A stretch of DNA of 64,000 nt from Phoronis australis. Lineage: Eukaryota; Animalia; Phoronida. The first letter of the stretch is position 1. Each line of letters begins with the position of its first letter. The notes below the pieces were generated by a model. That model saw only the letters and a list, made by a program, of their open reading frames with translations, was not told the origin of the DNA and did not search any database. The stretch spans positions 522,597-586,596 of the forward strand of contig NMRA01000094.1 of the NCBI GenBank assembly GCA_002633005.1. The letters are read 5' to 3'. Shown one piece after another: positions 23,825 to 35,883 of the stretch. Made by a program: the position numbers and the translations under genes.

Positions 23825-25872
23825 AATTTCATCCATTGCATGTTATTACTGTCAACATGTCCCCATTGTTGGTATAGGTTTATGGCGGGTTTAGTGTCTT
23901 TTCAAGCTGCCTCACTTCTGTTCCTCGTCACAACTTGAAACTCATGAGCGAAGATGCGCATTTACGAAAAATGGGAGAAAGTACATTGGGGGTCTTGGTC
24001 TGTAACAATACACCATTTTTATAAAGATCTCGATAATACTCACGTGGGATACGTTTGTGGCAGAGCAAGACAGTGCAATGACTACCTGCACTACTTGTCT
24101 AGGCAATTTGTCGTATGTACTTGATTTAGCCATTGGATTAGTTGAAGACTTTATCGAAAAGGGCTTCAGTAACCCCGGGAACTATCCCGTGAACAAAAAG
24201 AATCAAATGTTATGTACAAAAGCTCATGCGTGGCATAATAAATGATTATCATTTCGGCGCAGGCAGCCGTAGTCTTCAAGACTCGGCTTGGGGTAATTCG
24301 TTGTCTCGTTTAATGACTATCAAGGTAAATTGGAGAACGTTTACAAAAATATTATTAGTTACGTGGCACAAAAATCAATGTCGATTTACCCGTATTTGTG
24401 CTGTGTAAAATATATTCAACCTCACGGGATCGTAAAAGCTGACACTCGAAAACTTAAAATCCTTATCCAAAGAATAACCTAGTTCAAAAACTTAAAATTA
24501 TACTGTTTACTTCTTTTGTGTTATCAAACTAAAGGCCTTTTTGAGCACATTTTTGTACATCGAGTGGGCCGAGATCAGAAAATAATGTACTACTCCCGTC
24601 TATTTCCGTGACCTGAGTTCACTGTGCGTCAGTTCAAGAACGATTCCTGAATGACGGTCATGTATTCCTTGAACACGTATTGATACCACTGTGAGCGCAA
24701 AGGCGTTTTTATTTTGTTTGGTTGTTTTTGATTCTCGTTTTAGTTCGTTTTATACAAATTAGACAATTAATGGTCCCAATTTTATGTGTTCTTTGCATAT
24801 GACGAGTGGTATTTAATGCAACCATTAGTTTGTGAATACGTCGCATCCCCCGCAGCCAACACTACTGAGGTCAGCCCTGACTCATCGCGAGGCTATACGT
24901 CAAATTTCAGCAACAGTACCTAACCAGGTAATGAATTAGAGGACAACCTTTCTATATCGACAAATGTCTTATCTTTATCGCCATATCGTGAAATGATACA
25001 AAGTACCAGCCTGAGCAATTGCCGTGTGACTACCCGGACGTGTGAGCACATTTCTGCGTACTTGACAGCAAACCGGCACCGGCTTTACTAGCCGCTAAAA
25101 ATGTAAAATAGAAAAACAAACATCGACATACGGTGAAGTTTCAAGGAATAAAAACAAGTTTTATGTCAAAACAGTGAGCTCCTCGCCTTATTTGCAATAA
25201 CGCAACTGTGCGTGATTTTTGCTGTCCGGACACGACAACCGGCGAAGTAATTCCCCGGCAGTTGTTGTGTCACTTCGCCGGGAAAATTCACTTGCTAAAT
25301 TGACTTTGATATTCAATTATGAGGCAAAATATATTTTGAACCTATGCCTCCGTTGTCTGAATATCGAAATTTCACGATTGAAAACCCAAACGGGGGAGGG
25401 GTGGTGAACTGTAGTCTGTCAGCTGAATGTTGGCGATGGGAAAATATTGCGGTATTTTTTAATCTCTTTGTCACAGGAATTCACCCATTCAAGGCCCGCG
25501 GAGCTAACGATTGCGCCTCGGAGGACGGATGTCTGCGTAGGCCAGGCGGTCGGGCTTCGTCGGGTAGTAGCTTCTACGAAATGCTTCTGGCTGAATGGGA
25601 ATTCTTCCTTGTACTTTAAACTCATTATTACTTATATTATACCACTTACCATCATACAAAGTTTTCTTTCTGAAGTTATTTCGTTTCCAGTTGGTATTCT
25701 GTTGTTCAATTGTTGGCCGTCAGCTGCTTAACGAAGTCCCCGGAGACGACGGGTATCTTAGTTTCCTTGTCTACATTTATTTTCGATATTTTCGTCAGGA
25801 TATTCCAACTGTATAGCAATTTTACTCAACTATTTTGCTATTGCATGCTAGTTGTTATGTTTATATGAGAAG

Positions 25873-25942
25873 AGGTAGTGGGTCCTAATGGGATAAGTGA
25901 CTGCTTCCTTTACTCAAGGTGGGTTCAAGTCCCACTGGGGCA
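25873..25942 (+). pseudogene. tRNA-Arg(CCT)-derived pseudogene or SINE head
   Basis: AGTGGGTCCTAATGGGATAAG..ACTGC.TCCT...GTGGGTTCAAGTCCCACTGGGGC closely resembles metazoan tRNA-Arg-CCT, including A and B boxes. The acceptor and anticodon stems are broken. Confidence 0.65.
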
Positions 25943-26347
25943 CATTACCAGACAGGTGAGTCAGTTTTCTAGCTCCTCAGCTCCGTTTTATCTATTTATT
26001 AATAAAACATAAGATGGTTCCAGGTGATCAGTGCAGTAGACCCACTCGAGGGGCGTGCCCAAGCCTGTAATTATTCTTTGTTATGTTTTTACTGTTTACC
26101 AGAGTTGATTACTTCCAGTAAAACACGTTTAACCCAGTCGCCATAGTATGCCTTGGTATTTAATCGTTCCTTAATGAGTCTCTCTTCCGACTTAAAGGCC
26201 AATCTAAAATGACGGAGTATCGCTAGACTCCAGTTCGTGACAAGTGAGGGTTTTTATGAATGTTTCGCTTACGGATTTCGTTAGGATTAACCTGTAGGTA
26301 GCTACCATTCTAGTTAGTGCTAACAACGTGTGCTACTAGGTCCTTAA

Positions 26348-27415
26348 AGGAGAATGCCACCCGGTTTAATTAGTCTTTCTTACCGTCTTAATCGGTATAT
26401 ATCCACATCGCGTCTTATACGGTCGACCTCACCTTGCCGAGAGGTGTCGCGTTAACCTGTGAGGAAGGTGAGAAACGACGCAGCGACGTCAGTAGTTCAT
26501 CTGCAGAGTGTATGTAGTACGCTGTTAATAGCAAGTATGAGGCCGTGAAACATCCCCGTGTGTGTGGCCGGCATTTCGTCGACAGTGATTTCTCTGACGA
26601 ATTCCGGCTTACCAAAGAACTATCCATACGTTCTGTTATTCTGCGTTCAGTTTCAAAGTGAATTATTCTCACCCTAACCGATGCTTTTATCAAACTGAAA
26701 CAAAGTCTGTCTCATTAGATACTATTTGTAATGCCTTTGGAGTATTCGTGAGTGCAAATGTTTTGAGAAGCCAGAAATGAATAAACCACTGCGTTACCGG
26801 CTTTAGATGCAGTAAAGGTAATTGACCGGCCACCGAGGCCGTGAGAGCGCATATGCTAATTCAGTGTTTGCTGACAGAAAGCTGTTGTGAAACAATAACT
26901 CGATTTTATATACTATTGTCACATGTTAGGGGAATCTATTTAGATATGCAAATACATTATTCAAATCATTGTTACGGTACAACCTTTGCCCTGACGGTTC
27001 TGTGGAAGGGGAACCTGACTTCGCGGCCCCCGATAAGTAAGTAGATTTTAAGTTTCGTGGCTAATTCACCTAAATAATTACGTGCACATTATTTCTTTGG
27101 CTCACTATTATAGTCTTTTCGTGACTGGAGGTTTAGTTTCTAACTTAAGCCGGTTTATGTTCGTGATGTCCAATCCCGGCGGCCGCGACGGGCCTGAACT
27201 GATCGAGTTCCGAGCTACTGGCGGGGAATAACAAGAGTTTTGCATGTTTAAAACTGAAAAAATCGCAAGTCTAAAAGTACAACACGCAGCTATGTTCCCT
27301 CGTCTAAATTTCACGGAAGAATGATTCGAATTTATCATCAAACAGACTCAAACTCCTGCGATCGACCATGGTAAGGTGGCCTACCGAACTCTGTAGGCTA
27401 CGGTACGTTCAAATA
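26348..27415 (+). mobile_element. Kolobok-type element copy 2 (internally deleted; right end lost at a hAT-like insertion)
   Basis: TTAA|AGGAGAATGCCACCC left TIR and a partial THAP (YAVNSKYEAVKHPRVCGRHF). Homology stops at CAAATA|CAGTGGCGG. Confidence 0.85.
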
Positions 27416-27530
27416 CAGTGGCGGATCTAGGATATCACAAGGGGGCAAAACATTTTGTTTGTAAACATTTGCTCAAAGCACGATTGTAGATGCGCATAGC
27501 ACCGAATGGGGGGGAGGTCGGGAAGGGGGT
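27416..27530 (+). mobile_element. hAT-like element terminus (CAGTGGCGGATCTAG...)
   Basis: About 110 bp that match the reverse complement of 42410-42521. A CAG start is typical of hAT-type TIRs. Confidence 0.6.
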
Positions 27531-29360
27531 TTCACCCCACCATATTCGTCCGTCCAAAGCATAACCTCGTTTTAGAGCTCAATTCCAGTTAAGTGGACAG
27601 AGCAAGCATAGTTATCACGTTTCTTCAGGGGCCTCATTCATCCGAGGGGAAAGTGCCTGTGCCTGACTGGGGGAATTTTTTCGCCGAGTGAGGGGGAAAA
27701 TCTACTTCTTGATCACCATCATTAGTTCCCCCGCCCTGTTGCAAGCTCTCATAAGCTCTGTCTCACGTAGCAATTTGTGCTCATTCAAACTGTCACCTGT
27801 ATGGTTACAGGTAATTTGAACTTCGGAGGGAAATTTTCGATCACTACGGGGAATTTTTAAGCCTCGTGAGATTTTTCAATATTTTTGAGAGGGAATAGGG
27901 CCGATATTCGGCCCCAAAATCGAGGGATTGAGAGCCCTGTCCATTTGGAAAGAAAATGCGTCATGTTTCAACCCGTAGTCATGAAAACAAAGCCTGGCTG
28001 GCCGAAGATTCACCAGTCGTTGCTATGAGACTCGGCAACCGAGATGCGACAAAATATGATATAACTTTTTGAAATATTTATAAATTTTACACGGACATAT
28101 TTTCCTTCGTTGTGGCGTATTGCAACGACCCAACGCTTCCGAAACGTCCTTAGTGATTGTAAAACAGACAGTCGAATGTCCGTATATTTTCTATCGCCGT
28201 TCGAACAACACGGAATACAAGTATGTGATAAGCCAAGGTGGCACTGTAGTTAGGCTACGGCCGCGGCCAATTTGCACTCCCAAAATATTAAAATTTTGGG
28301 GTAGGCCAAGTTTGGGGGCATTTTGTAGGTAGGCATTGCATGTAGGCTCAGTGAATGTAGTTTGTTTGTATATGTGAACATGCTGAGAATGAAAAAAGAC
28401 AACTTTCTCGACTGTAGCTGCACTGTTCTTCAAGATGGTGGTCCCCTGTTGCAATTGTGCATGGCTGTGTAGCAACTGAGAAATTGGCCGCGATTTCAGG
28501 TAGCCCTCAAACAAGTCAGATTTGCAAAAAAAAACTAGTTGGTTGACAGTACTTTTGGACCACATTTTTGGAATTGGTAGGAAATTTGCTTTCGCAATCT
28601 AATGTTGGCTTTAGTCGCGCATCGGCAGGGAAGTGGTGATTTTGGGATGAAAAGTGCCGATTTTGCATTTTTGCCCTTATTTTTCTTAGTTCAGCTTGGT
28701 TTCCACTGGGAGTGAAGAGTACAAAGTTTTTGTGCTCATCTGTAGGGCTTGTGATGTGAAATGACTCAAAACTTTTCTTTATTTGCATGCAGTTTTTGAC
28801 AGAGTGAAGAAAGGGTGAAGAGTCCATTGACGTGTGTTCTGATAGGCAAATCCCTGTGAGAACTGTTCAGTGCCTCTCAACAGAGCTATCGTAGCGAGTC
28901 TCGTTTTGGAACGCGCCTCTTGTTGTCGTGAATTAGGTGTACAAGGCTATTTATAAATACATCTTTATCTCGGCGGTCTAGCTCTGTGTCAAAGATTACG
29001 AAGGCTGTGGTAACAAAAGGTTGAGATAATTGTCCGTGAGGTAGGTTTGACGAGAGTGCATTTGCAACCATTTTAAAGACAGGACTTACGAGCAAAATTA
29101 TTGAGAGTATTAAAAACGTGTTTGGGATGTGTAAACTGGTTCTACTTTACTGGTTTTGAAAATGAAAATCAGGTCACTATAGGCGAAAGTCAAAACTATA
29201 ACTATCGTTGTGAATTTTTCATGTTGAAAATGTACAAAGTTAACGGTGAATGATTTCTGTAACTATATTTGTTGGAAGTCGAACCAAACGTCAAATCTCC
29301 TGAACCCTCTTGACAACTCGGTAACCTGTGTCAAGGATCTGTCATTTAACTGGTAGTGAT

Positions 29361-30326
29361 CCCAGGTCCGTAGCCGAACCCCCCTCCCCTGCAGAAAAGT
29401 TCCAGCCCCAGCCTATAGATAAGGATACAGAGATGGACAACAACAACAAAATTGTTCCAGTTACCGTAACAAATAACTACAATGATTACTAAGTTAGTAA
29501 TAATTTTGAATTTGCTTCCGATTCAAAGTGCTTCACGTAATCAGCAGGCCGTACTTAGCCAACTTCGCCCGAGTGGTGTTTGCTTAGGTGACAGGATCGC
29601 GCGCCAGACGATTAGAGTACTAGGCTTTATGTTATTCATCGGCATCGAACGCGCGTGGTGGCTACATAGCGTAACAAGGGAGTCTAGAAGTAAATCATTG
29701 CCTATTCATAGCTAGGATATATAGCAGCGAGAGAGCTCCCAAAAAGTAGTGCGGTGTGAATGCTTTAATATCGACTTGCTAGCATAATACGGTAAAGTGC
29801 AGGCATTTTCAAATTTGGAATTGAAAATTATCGTCTAATATGTTGTTCATCCAGTGTTCATTTTGATTGTGAATTGGTGGATTGACATGCATGCGTGTAC
29901 ACGCGTGTGCGTTTCCATTCTTTTAAATTCAGTGCACGCCGACGGTAAGTTCACTATGGACAGTCCTCCGTCGTTGCTCAAAAAACAGACACTTAACTAA
30001 CCGTGTTTTGCTGCACTGAGAAAACCCTGTCGAGCAAGTTTATATTATTAGGGAAAGGTAGGTCTACACCTAATAAAAACTTTGGTTAATGAAGAAGGTT
30101 TTCTCTCGTCAATCAGTGCCAGTGGTGCACAACAAACTTGATGGAAAATATTTTCAAGGTTACATGTCACTGTTCCGAAAGTTAACTACTCTGAAGTTTC
30201 TCTACACTCAGAGTTCGCTACCTTCGAAAATTCTCTACTTCGAATGTGCACAGTTCAGAAACTTGACTGACTCCGACAGTTCATTACTCTGATTGTCTGC
30301 TGATGAGTCGAAACTCACATGGACAA
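29361..30326 (+). repeat. ~970-bp dispersed repeat, copy B
   Basis: Colinear with 22211-23186. Confidence 0.85.
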
Positions 30327-30742
30327 AGTATTGTATTTGTGTCCACTTAGTAACCATTTAATGGTGTGCAAAAATTGAATAGTTCTTAAAACTTTGATTA
30401 CATTGTTTACAAATGAGCTCAGTTCCAATCAATTCTTGAATCTAACAACCACTCCTTCTCAAGCAGGACCAACATCGGGTCAAGGTTGCAGCGACCAACG
30501 GCGGTTTTAAATTTGAGAAGACTGGATGGAACTCTTTGACTTCGTGAAGACGTCGGACAGGGACAGGGTAGCCCACTAACTACATTTAATTTCGACCCGG
30601 CCGTGCGCGTGCTTCCGAGGTGCGCTGTGAAATTCTGCGAACTTGATATGGATTTGATGCTCATATCGTGGTTGATCATAGGCCCATCCCAGATTACACG
30701 GCGATAGACTCTCCTTTATCCTGGAGATAAGAAAGCGGTGAC

Positions 30743-30903
30743 CTGCCTCCCGTTCAGTAACTCTAGGACCTCGTTAAAAAGCAAAACTTCGCGAGATTAC
30801 GTGAGATATTGCTGTGCATTTTAAATGAGAATACGTGACTTTGACTAGGTTTTAGCTAAGTCCTAGCGTAGGTCCTAGCGTCTACTGAACGCACGCCTGG
30901 TTT
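30743..30903. mobile_element. ~160-bp MITE, copy 1
   Basis: Subterminal inverted repeats CGTTCAGTAAC.CTAGGACCT / AGGTCCTAGCGTCTACTGAACG. A near-identical copy lies at 47950-48110. Confidence 0.85.
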
Positions 30904-32302
30904 CGGAAATCAAGGAGATTTTCCTGTCTCTCATTGATGTCAGGAAGGCGAATAATTTCAGATCATGCATCTACGGGCATGTTGTCCTGTTTATCAAACT
31001 TTTTCACGTCGGAGTTGCAGCCCACAGCACAACAGTAATACTTCGTGGCCATAGGAAGGACGAATAAAGTAATGCAACCGAGAAAACCTTGTATAGAATC
31101 AAACAGCATCATCGACAACTAACTCGTGAAATTCAAGTGGCACGAAAACGAGTCAGCACTGAATGTGCCTGACGGATGTTTACGGCATTGTGGGTAAATA
31201 CAGTGAGATTCGCTTGTCACTGTGTAATCCGAGACGGCCCTATTGATCAATATTCCTACTTCATATTCTTTTAAAAATGCAAGTACGTACTCATTTTTCC
31301 GTACTCATATGGCATACAGGCAAATTCGCATGCGCATGAAATCCCGGCGTTGATTTGGTTATAGGTAAACCACTCCGTGCATCTAATAAAAGAAGTGATC
31401 GTTTATTTTTGCGTGCAAAAGTATAAGAATTACACCCGAGTTCGAAATTTCAGGTACTTTCGGAGTAATGAACCTTCAGAATAGTGAACCTTCGGAATAG
31501 TGGGCTGTTCCCATTTCCACCGATATAAGCAACTTAGTAACACGCAAAATACAACCAGGTAAAAAATTTCAAGTCATTCTCGGATTAAATATTTGAGTAC
31601 AAGTATGTAATGAGCTGTAATCACTCATTTAATCACGCCTGATTTGAAAGTTTGGCGGGGGGTAACGCTAGAACGTTCTGTTTCTGGACCACATTATATC
31701 CGAATTTGACTCCCGTTCTATTCGAGCAACCGTCACGGAATCCTCATTTCTGGTATTAGAATTCCGTCTCATCTCAGGAACAAAGAGCTGAGGGTCATTG
31801 CTGTGTATACAGATTTCCTTTCCCCCTAATTAAGCTGCGTCAAGGGCCTTACAGAAAACTCTACAGTGTCGACGTTTGCAAAGGTCCGTCGTTCTAGAAA
31901 TTCGAACCACCCCCGCGCAATGCTGGCTACGGGCCTGGATCTCTCATTTACAGAACTCTGCCACGGGTGGTGATTTCTGGTGTTTTCCAGTTTGTCATCA
32001 GTTGCAGAGTTTCATGAACTTGCGTGAGTTATTGTTACATCTTCTGTTCATAGAGCTGTTAATCACTGTCGCATTTCTCTTGTATTTGCTGTTTGAACGA
32101 GTGTTTGGTCTCCTGCTGGGTAAGCTCATCCCATGTGGGCAGTTGGTTCTCTGACACTTTTCATTGGCCCGCTCAGTCCGTAGTATTATGATTCTCTCCC
32201 GGGAAAGATTTTCATCTATTCTCGTGTCACATAGACACCTATCAGTGTTGTTGTTTTGCCATTGATCTTTATTTTCGTTGCAGTATACACTTTATTACAC
32301 TG

Positions 32303-35020
32303 CATGGATTTGTTGAATAACTTTGGTGATATAAATGTCAATAATTTTGTTCGTTTGCTTGGTGATAAAAATGATCATCATAATATTGGTTTTGGTGCAC
32401 TCAAGTCCTCTCCCTATTATGACAGTGATTCATTTAGAACTTTTGATCTTAAACGCAAACAACGACTTCTCTATGTTATCTTTAAACATACAAAGTATCC
32501 GAGCTAAGTTTGGTAGCCTGTTTCTGTTTCTTCCCCAACTGCCCCAGTTGAATTTTTTACTTTGTCTGCAGGAAACTTGGCTTGATGATGATGCTGACCT
32601 CTTAATTGTTTCAAATTAATACTCTTGTGTTTCCCAGGGTAAGAAATGTTGTGGCCATGATGGCCTTATTATTTACATCCAAAACTCCTTGGAGTATAAA
32701 ACCTCCAAAATTAAAAGTGATTCTACAGTTTTTAAGTCACTATTTGTGACCTTAGTTGGGATCATCCATAAGAAAAATGTTTTTGTTGGAAATATTTATA
32801 AACCTCCCGAAGAAAATGACAATTTAAACATACGGATATTTCTAGATGATTTTATTCCATTGATTAGTAAACTTGGGCAAACCAACTCTCATGTCATGTT
32901 GGCCGGTGATTTTAATATCAATCTCTTAAACATGGATGAGAGGCTCTTGTTCGGAGAATTATGCAATAAGACTGTGTCATTAAACGGTTTTTATCCTACA
33001 GTTGTTTTTCCCACTCGGTTTTTCTGAGTTTTGTGCTTCTCTTATTGACATCATTTTCTACAAATTTAATAACTGTTCTGACATTGATCCAGTTTCCGGG
33101 ATCTATTTTTCTAATATCTCTGATCATTTACCTATTTTCTCTTGTTTTAAAAGAACATTAAAAAAGGCGAGAGCTCCCAAATCTGCTTACAGAAATGTCA
33201 TTAATGACGATTGTTTGAAAAGGGTGTATGATGAATTTTCGTCATACAATGTACTTTCTCACATGGATACAAATTTGAATGGTGATCCCAATATGAATTA
33301 AACTTACTTCAGGACTCTGTTCTTGCTTGTTTAAATAAGTTCAGCACAGTAAGAAAAGTAAGATTCAATAAATATAAGCACAAAAAGAATATTTGGATCT
33401 CCCAAGGTATTGTAAACCCTCGTAGGTTTAGAAACAGACTTTACAAACGACTCAAGTCAACCCCCAAAGTGCTAGTAATTTTTTTCTCATTAAAAACAAA
33501 CCTAAAAACCTAACATTATTCTAAAAAAAGTTATGAAAAGTGCTAAGAGACTTTATTATCACAATCAGTTTCGGGCCCATGTTAGTTCTTCCAAGGACAC
33601 TTGGAAAGAAATTAATTTAATGAATAGAATTATGTCTTATCAAATAATCCTACCAAATTGAAGATAAATGATGAAATGGTTTGTGACGAGGGTGAGATTG
33701 TAAATCATTTTAGTAATATTTCCTCGCACTCTCTACCTACTCATTCTTCAAACTTGTCACATGTGTCTCTTTTAGATTATGAATCCGCTGCTAGATTTGA
33801 CTTTGAACTAATTTCCCCAATTGATATTAGAAAAGTGATTAATTCTTTTCCAGCTAAACCTACTACATCCTGTCCAGTGTGGTTTTCGTGGGGGGCACTC
33901 CACAGAACTGGCTTTAGTTGAAATTATGGATAGAATTCTCAAGGCTATGGAAAATAATAAATTACCTCTGGCCATTTTCATTGATCTTTCCAAAGCTTTT
34001 GACTCTTTACGTCATTCAGTTTTACTACGGTTGCAACTCCTTGTCTTTAAGTTTTTTGAGAAACTATCTCTCTAATCGGGCTCAGCATGTTCAGGTTAAT
34101 AACACAAAATCTAACCCAGTTCCAATTTTGCGGGGTGTCCCGCAGGGGTCTACACTGGGTCCGTTATTATTCATCATTTATATGAACGATTTTGTGAAGT
34201 GCACGAGTTTCTTTGACTGCATATTTTATGCTGATGATACTACTATTATTAACGGTATTCATAGCACTTTGTTTATGAGTCACATATGTTTTGTGGGGAG
34301 TTGGAGAAAATTCAGTCTTGGTTAAATGTAAATGGACTGGTTTTAAATGCAACTGAAACGAAATTCATGATTTTTATAAACCCCCAAAATGTATTGATGA
34401 TTTTCATTTTAATATTAATAACTTGGAAATTGAAAGAGTTAGTTCATTCAATTTACTTGGTGTTACCATCAACGAAAACCTGTTATGGACTCCAGATATA
34501 AACAATGTGTTGAGAAAGATAAGCAGATTCTGTGGTGTTCTTAATAACATTAAACATTTCTTGCTCTTTGAAACTTTGAAAACTGTCTTGTCCGTCCTCA
34601 TTTTAATTATGGAATTATGCTATGAACGTGTGAATACTATAGAATATTCAAATTACAGAAAAAGGTTATGCGCACTAATACCTCTAGTTATTTTAATGCC
34701 CATACAGGTTCTTTATTTAGGAATACGCAGATACTCAAAATAAAGGACTTGTATGTTGTTGCTAGTATAATTTTTTTCTGCAAATATGTTCATAATTACT
34801 TACCTTCATTTTTAACACATACAATTTAATAACCTGTGGGTCTGTTCATGAACATTATACTAGGCAACGACATCTACAAACTCCTCGTTGTACTAAATCA
34901 TTTGCTGAAGATTCACTTCGCAATGCCTTACCTCATATCATTAATAACCTTCCTGAAGGTGTTCCTCAGAAAATGTTTACCAATTCGTTATCCTCTGTTA
35001 TAAATTACTACTACTACTAT
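32303..35020 (+). mobile_element. Degenerate CR1/L2-group LINE ORF2 (APE endonuclease + RT)
   Basis: Endonuclease motifs SLNIQS, CLQETWL, NIYKPP, AGDFNINLL and ISDHLPIF. RT motifs DLSKAFD, GVPQGSTLGPLLFIIYMND, FYADDT and LLGVTINENL.W. Many frameshifts, an internal deletion near 33865, and a short (TAC)n tail at about 35006-35020. Confidence 0.92.
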
Positions 35021-35883
35021 GTATATATGCACATATATATATTCCTGTTGAGTGCAACATGGGTACATGGGTGATTTTTTGACTGTGGAACGATTCCGAT
35101 TACTTTGACGTCCCCTAATGACGATTCAGATTGTCTTTTTCCATGCTTCATTATCTACCAAGTTCCTCCACATATCTTATTGAAATCTGACAAATAAGTT
35201 TCGATAGAACTTTGACCTATGTGTTCTTAATGAGGAGAGTTAAATTGATGGATGTGACCAATGTGGATTTAATTGCAAAATGGGCACTCGGTATATCTTT
35301 ACCGTTTGCGAAGCGTTGCTCTGCTTATTTAAAGGTTTAGTTCATTTCAAGAGGACTCATTTGCAGGAAGTCTCAATGTAAAAGTCTCCCTTCAATAAAC
35401 ATCTTGGCCCAGGGTCTCTTCTGTCCACTTGAAATATAACTCGATATTAAGTTACCTATTTTGTATTCTACTCTGTGTGCGAACATAAGATATGTATCTG
35501 TTTATCTGTGCTCGTACATGATGACGTAAGTGAATAACTTTCTGATCTTAGTTTGTACTTAATGGATGTGCCAGTACGGCAAAGAGTTTTAGGTTGATCT
35601 CCAAAATTTGAGTTTTTGATGGGAATAGTGAGTTCTAACGAGCGTTGCCTGTCTTCTACTTAGCTGAGGACAACATTAATAGATTTCGTGTTATCAATCA
35701 GTGTATGTTCGCACATGATATGCGTTTTTATCAGGCCAAGTAAACAAATTTTGATAAAAATTGAATCCAACTCGGTGTGCTTAGGCAGCCATGAATTGGA
35801 ACATGTGCACTGTAATTTAGATAAATTTATGAGTCAAAAGATTAACAATGTGAAATTACTGTTTCTCGTTTTAGGTGTTCTTG

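Noticed and set aside
23606-23938. Poly-His ORF and antisense poly-Met ORF
   Set aside because: These are translations of a (CAT)n microsatellite downstream of the probable SLC16 stop codon.
25873-25942. Functional tRNA-Arg gene
   Set aside because: The acceptor stem 5' strand and the anticodon arm do not pair, so it is kept only as a pseudogene or SINE head.
30296-30326. Hammerhead-ribozyme-like CTGATGAGTCGAAAC
   Set aside because: There is no stem III or NUH cleavage triplet in the right place, and the paralogous copy has CTAATGA/GGAA, which breaks the core. A simple hairpin explains it better. I saw no convincing hammerhead next to the Penelope element either.
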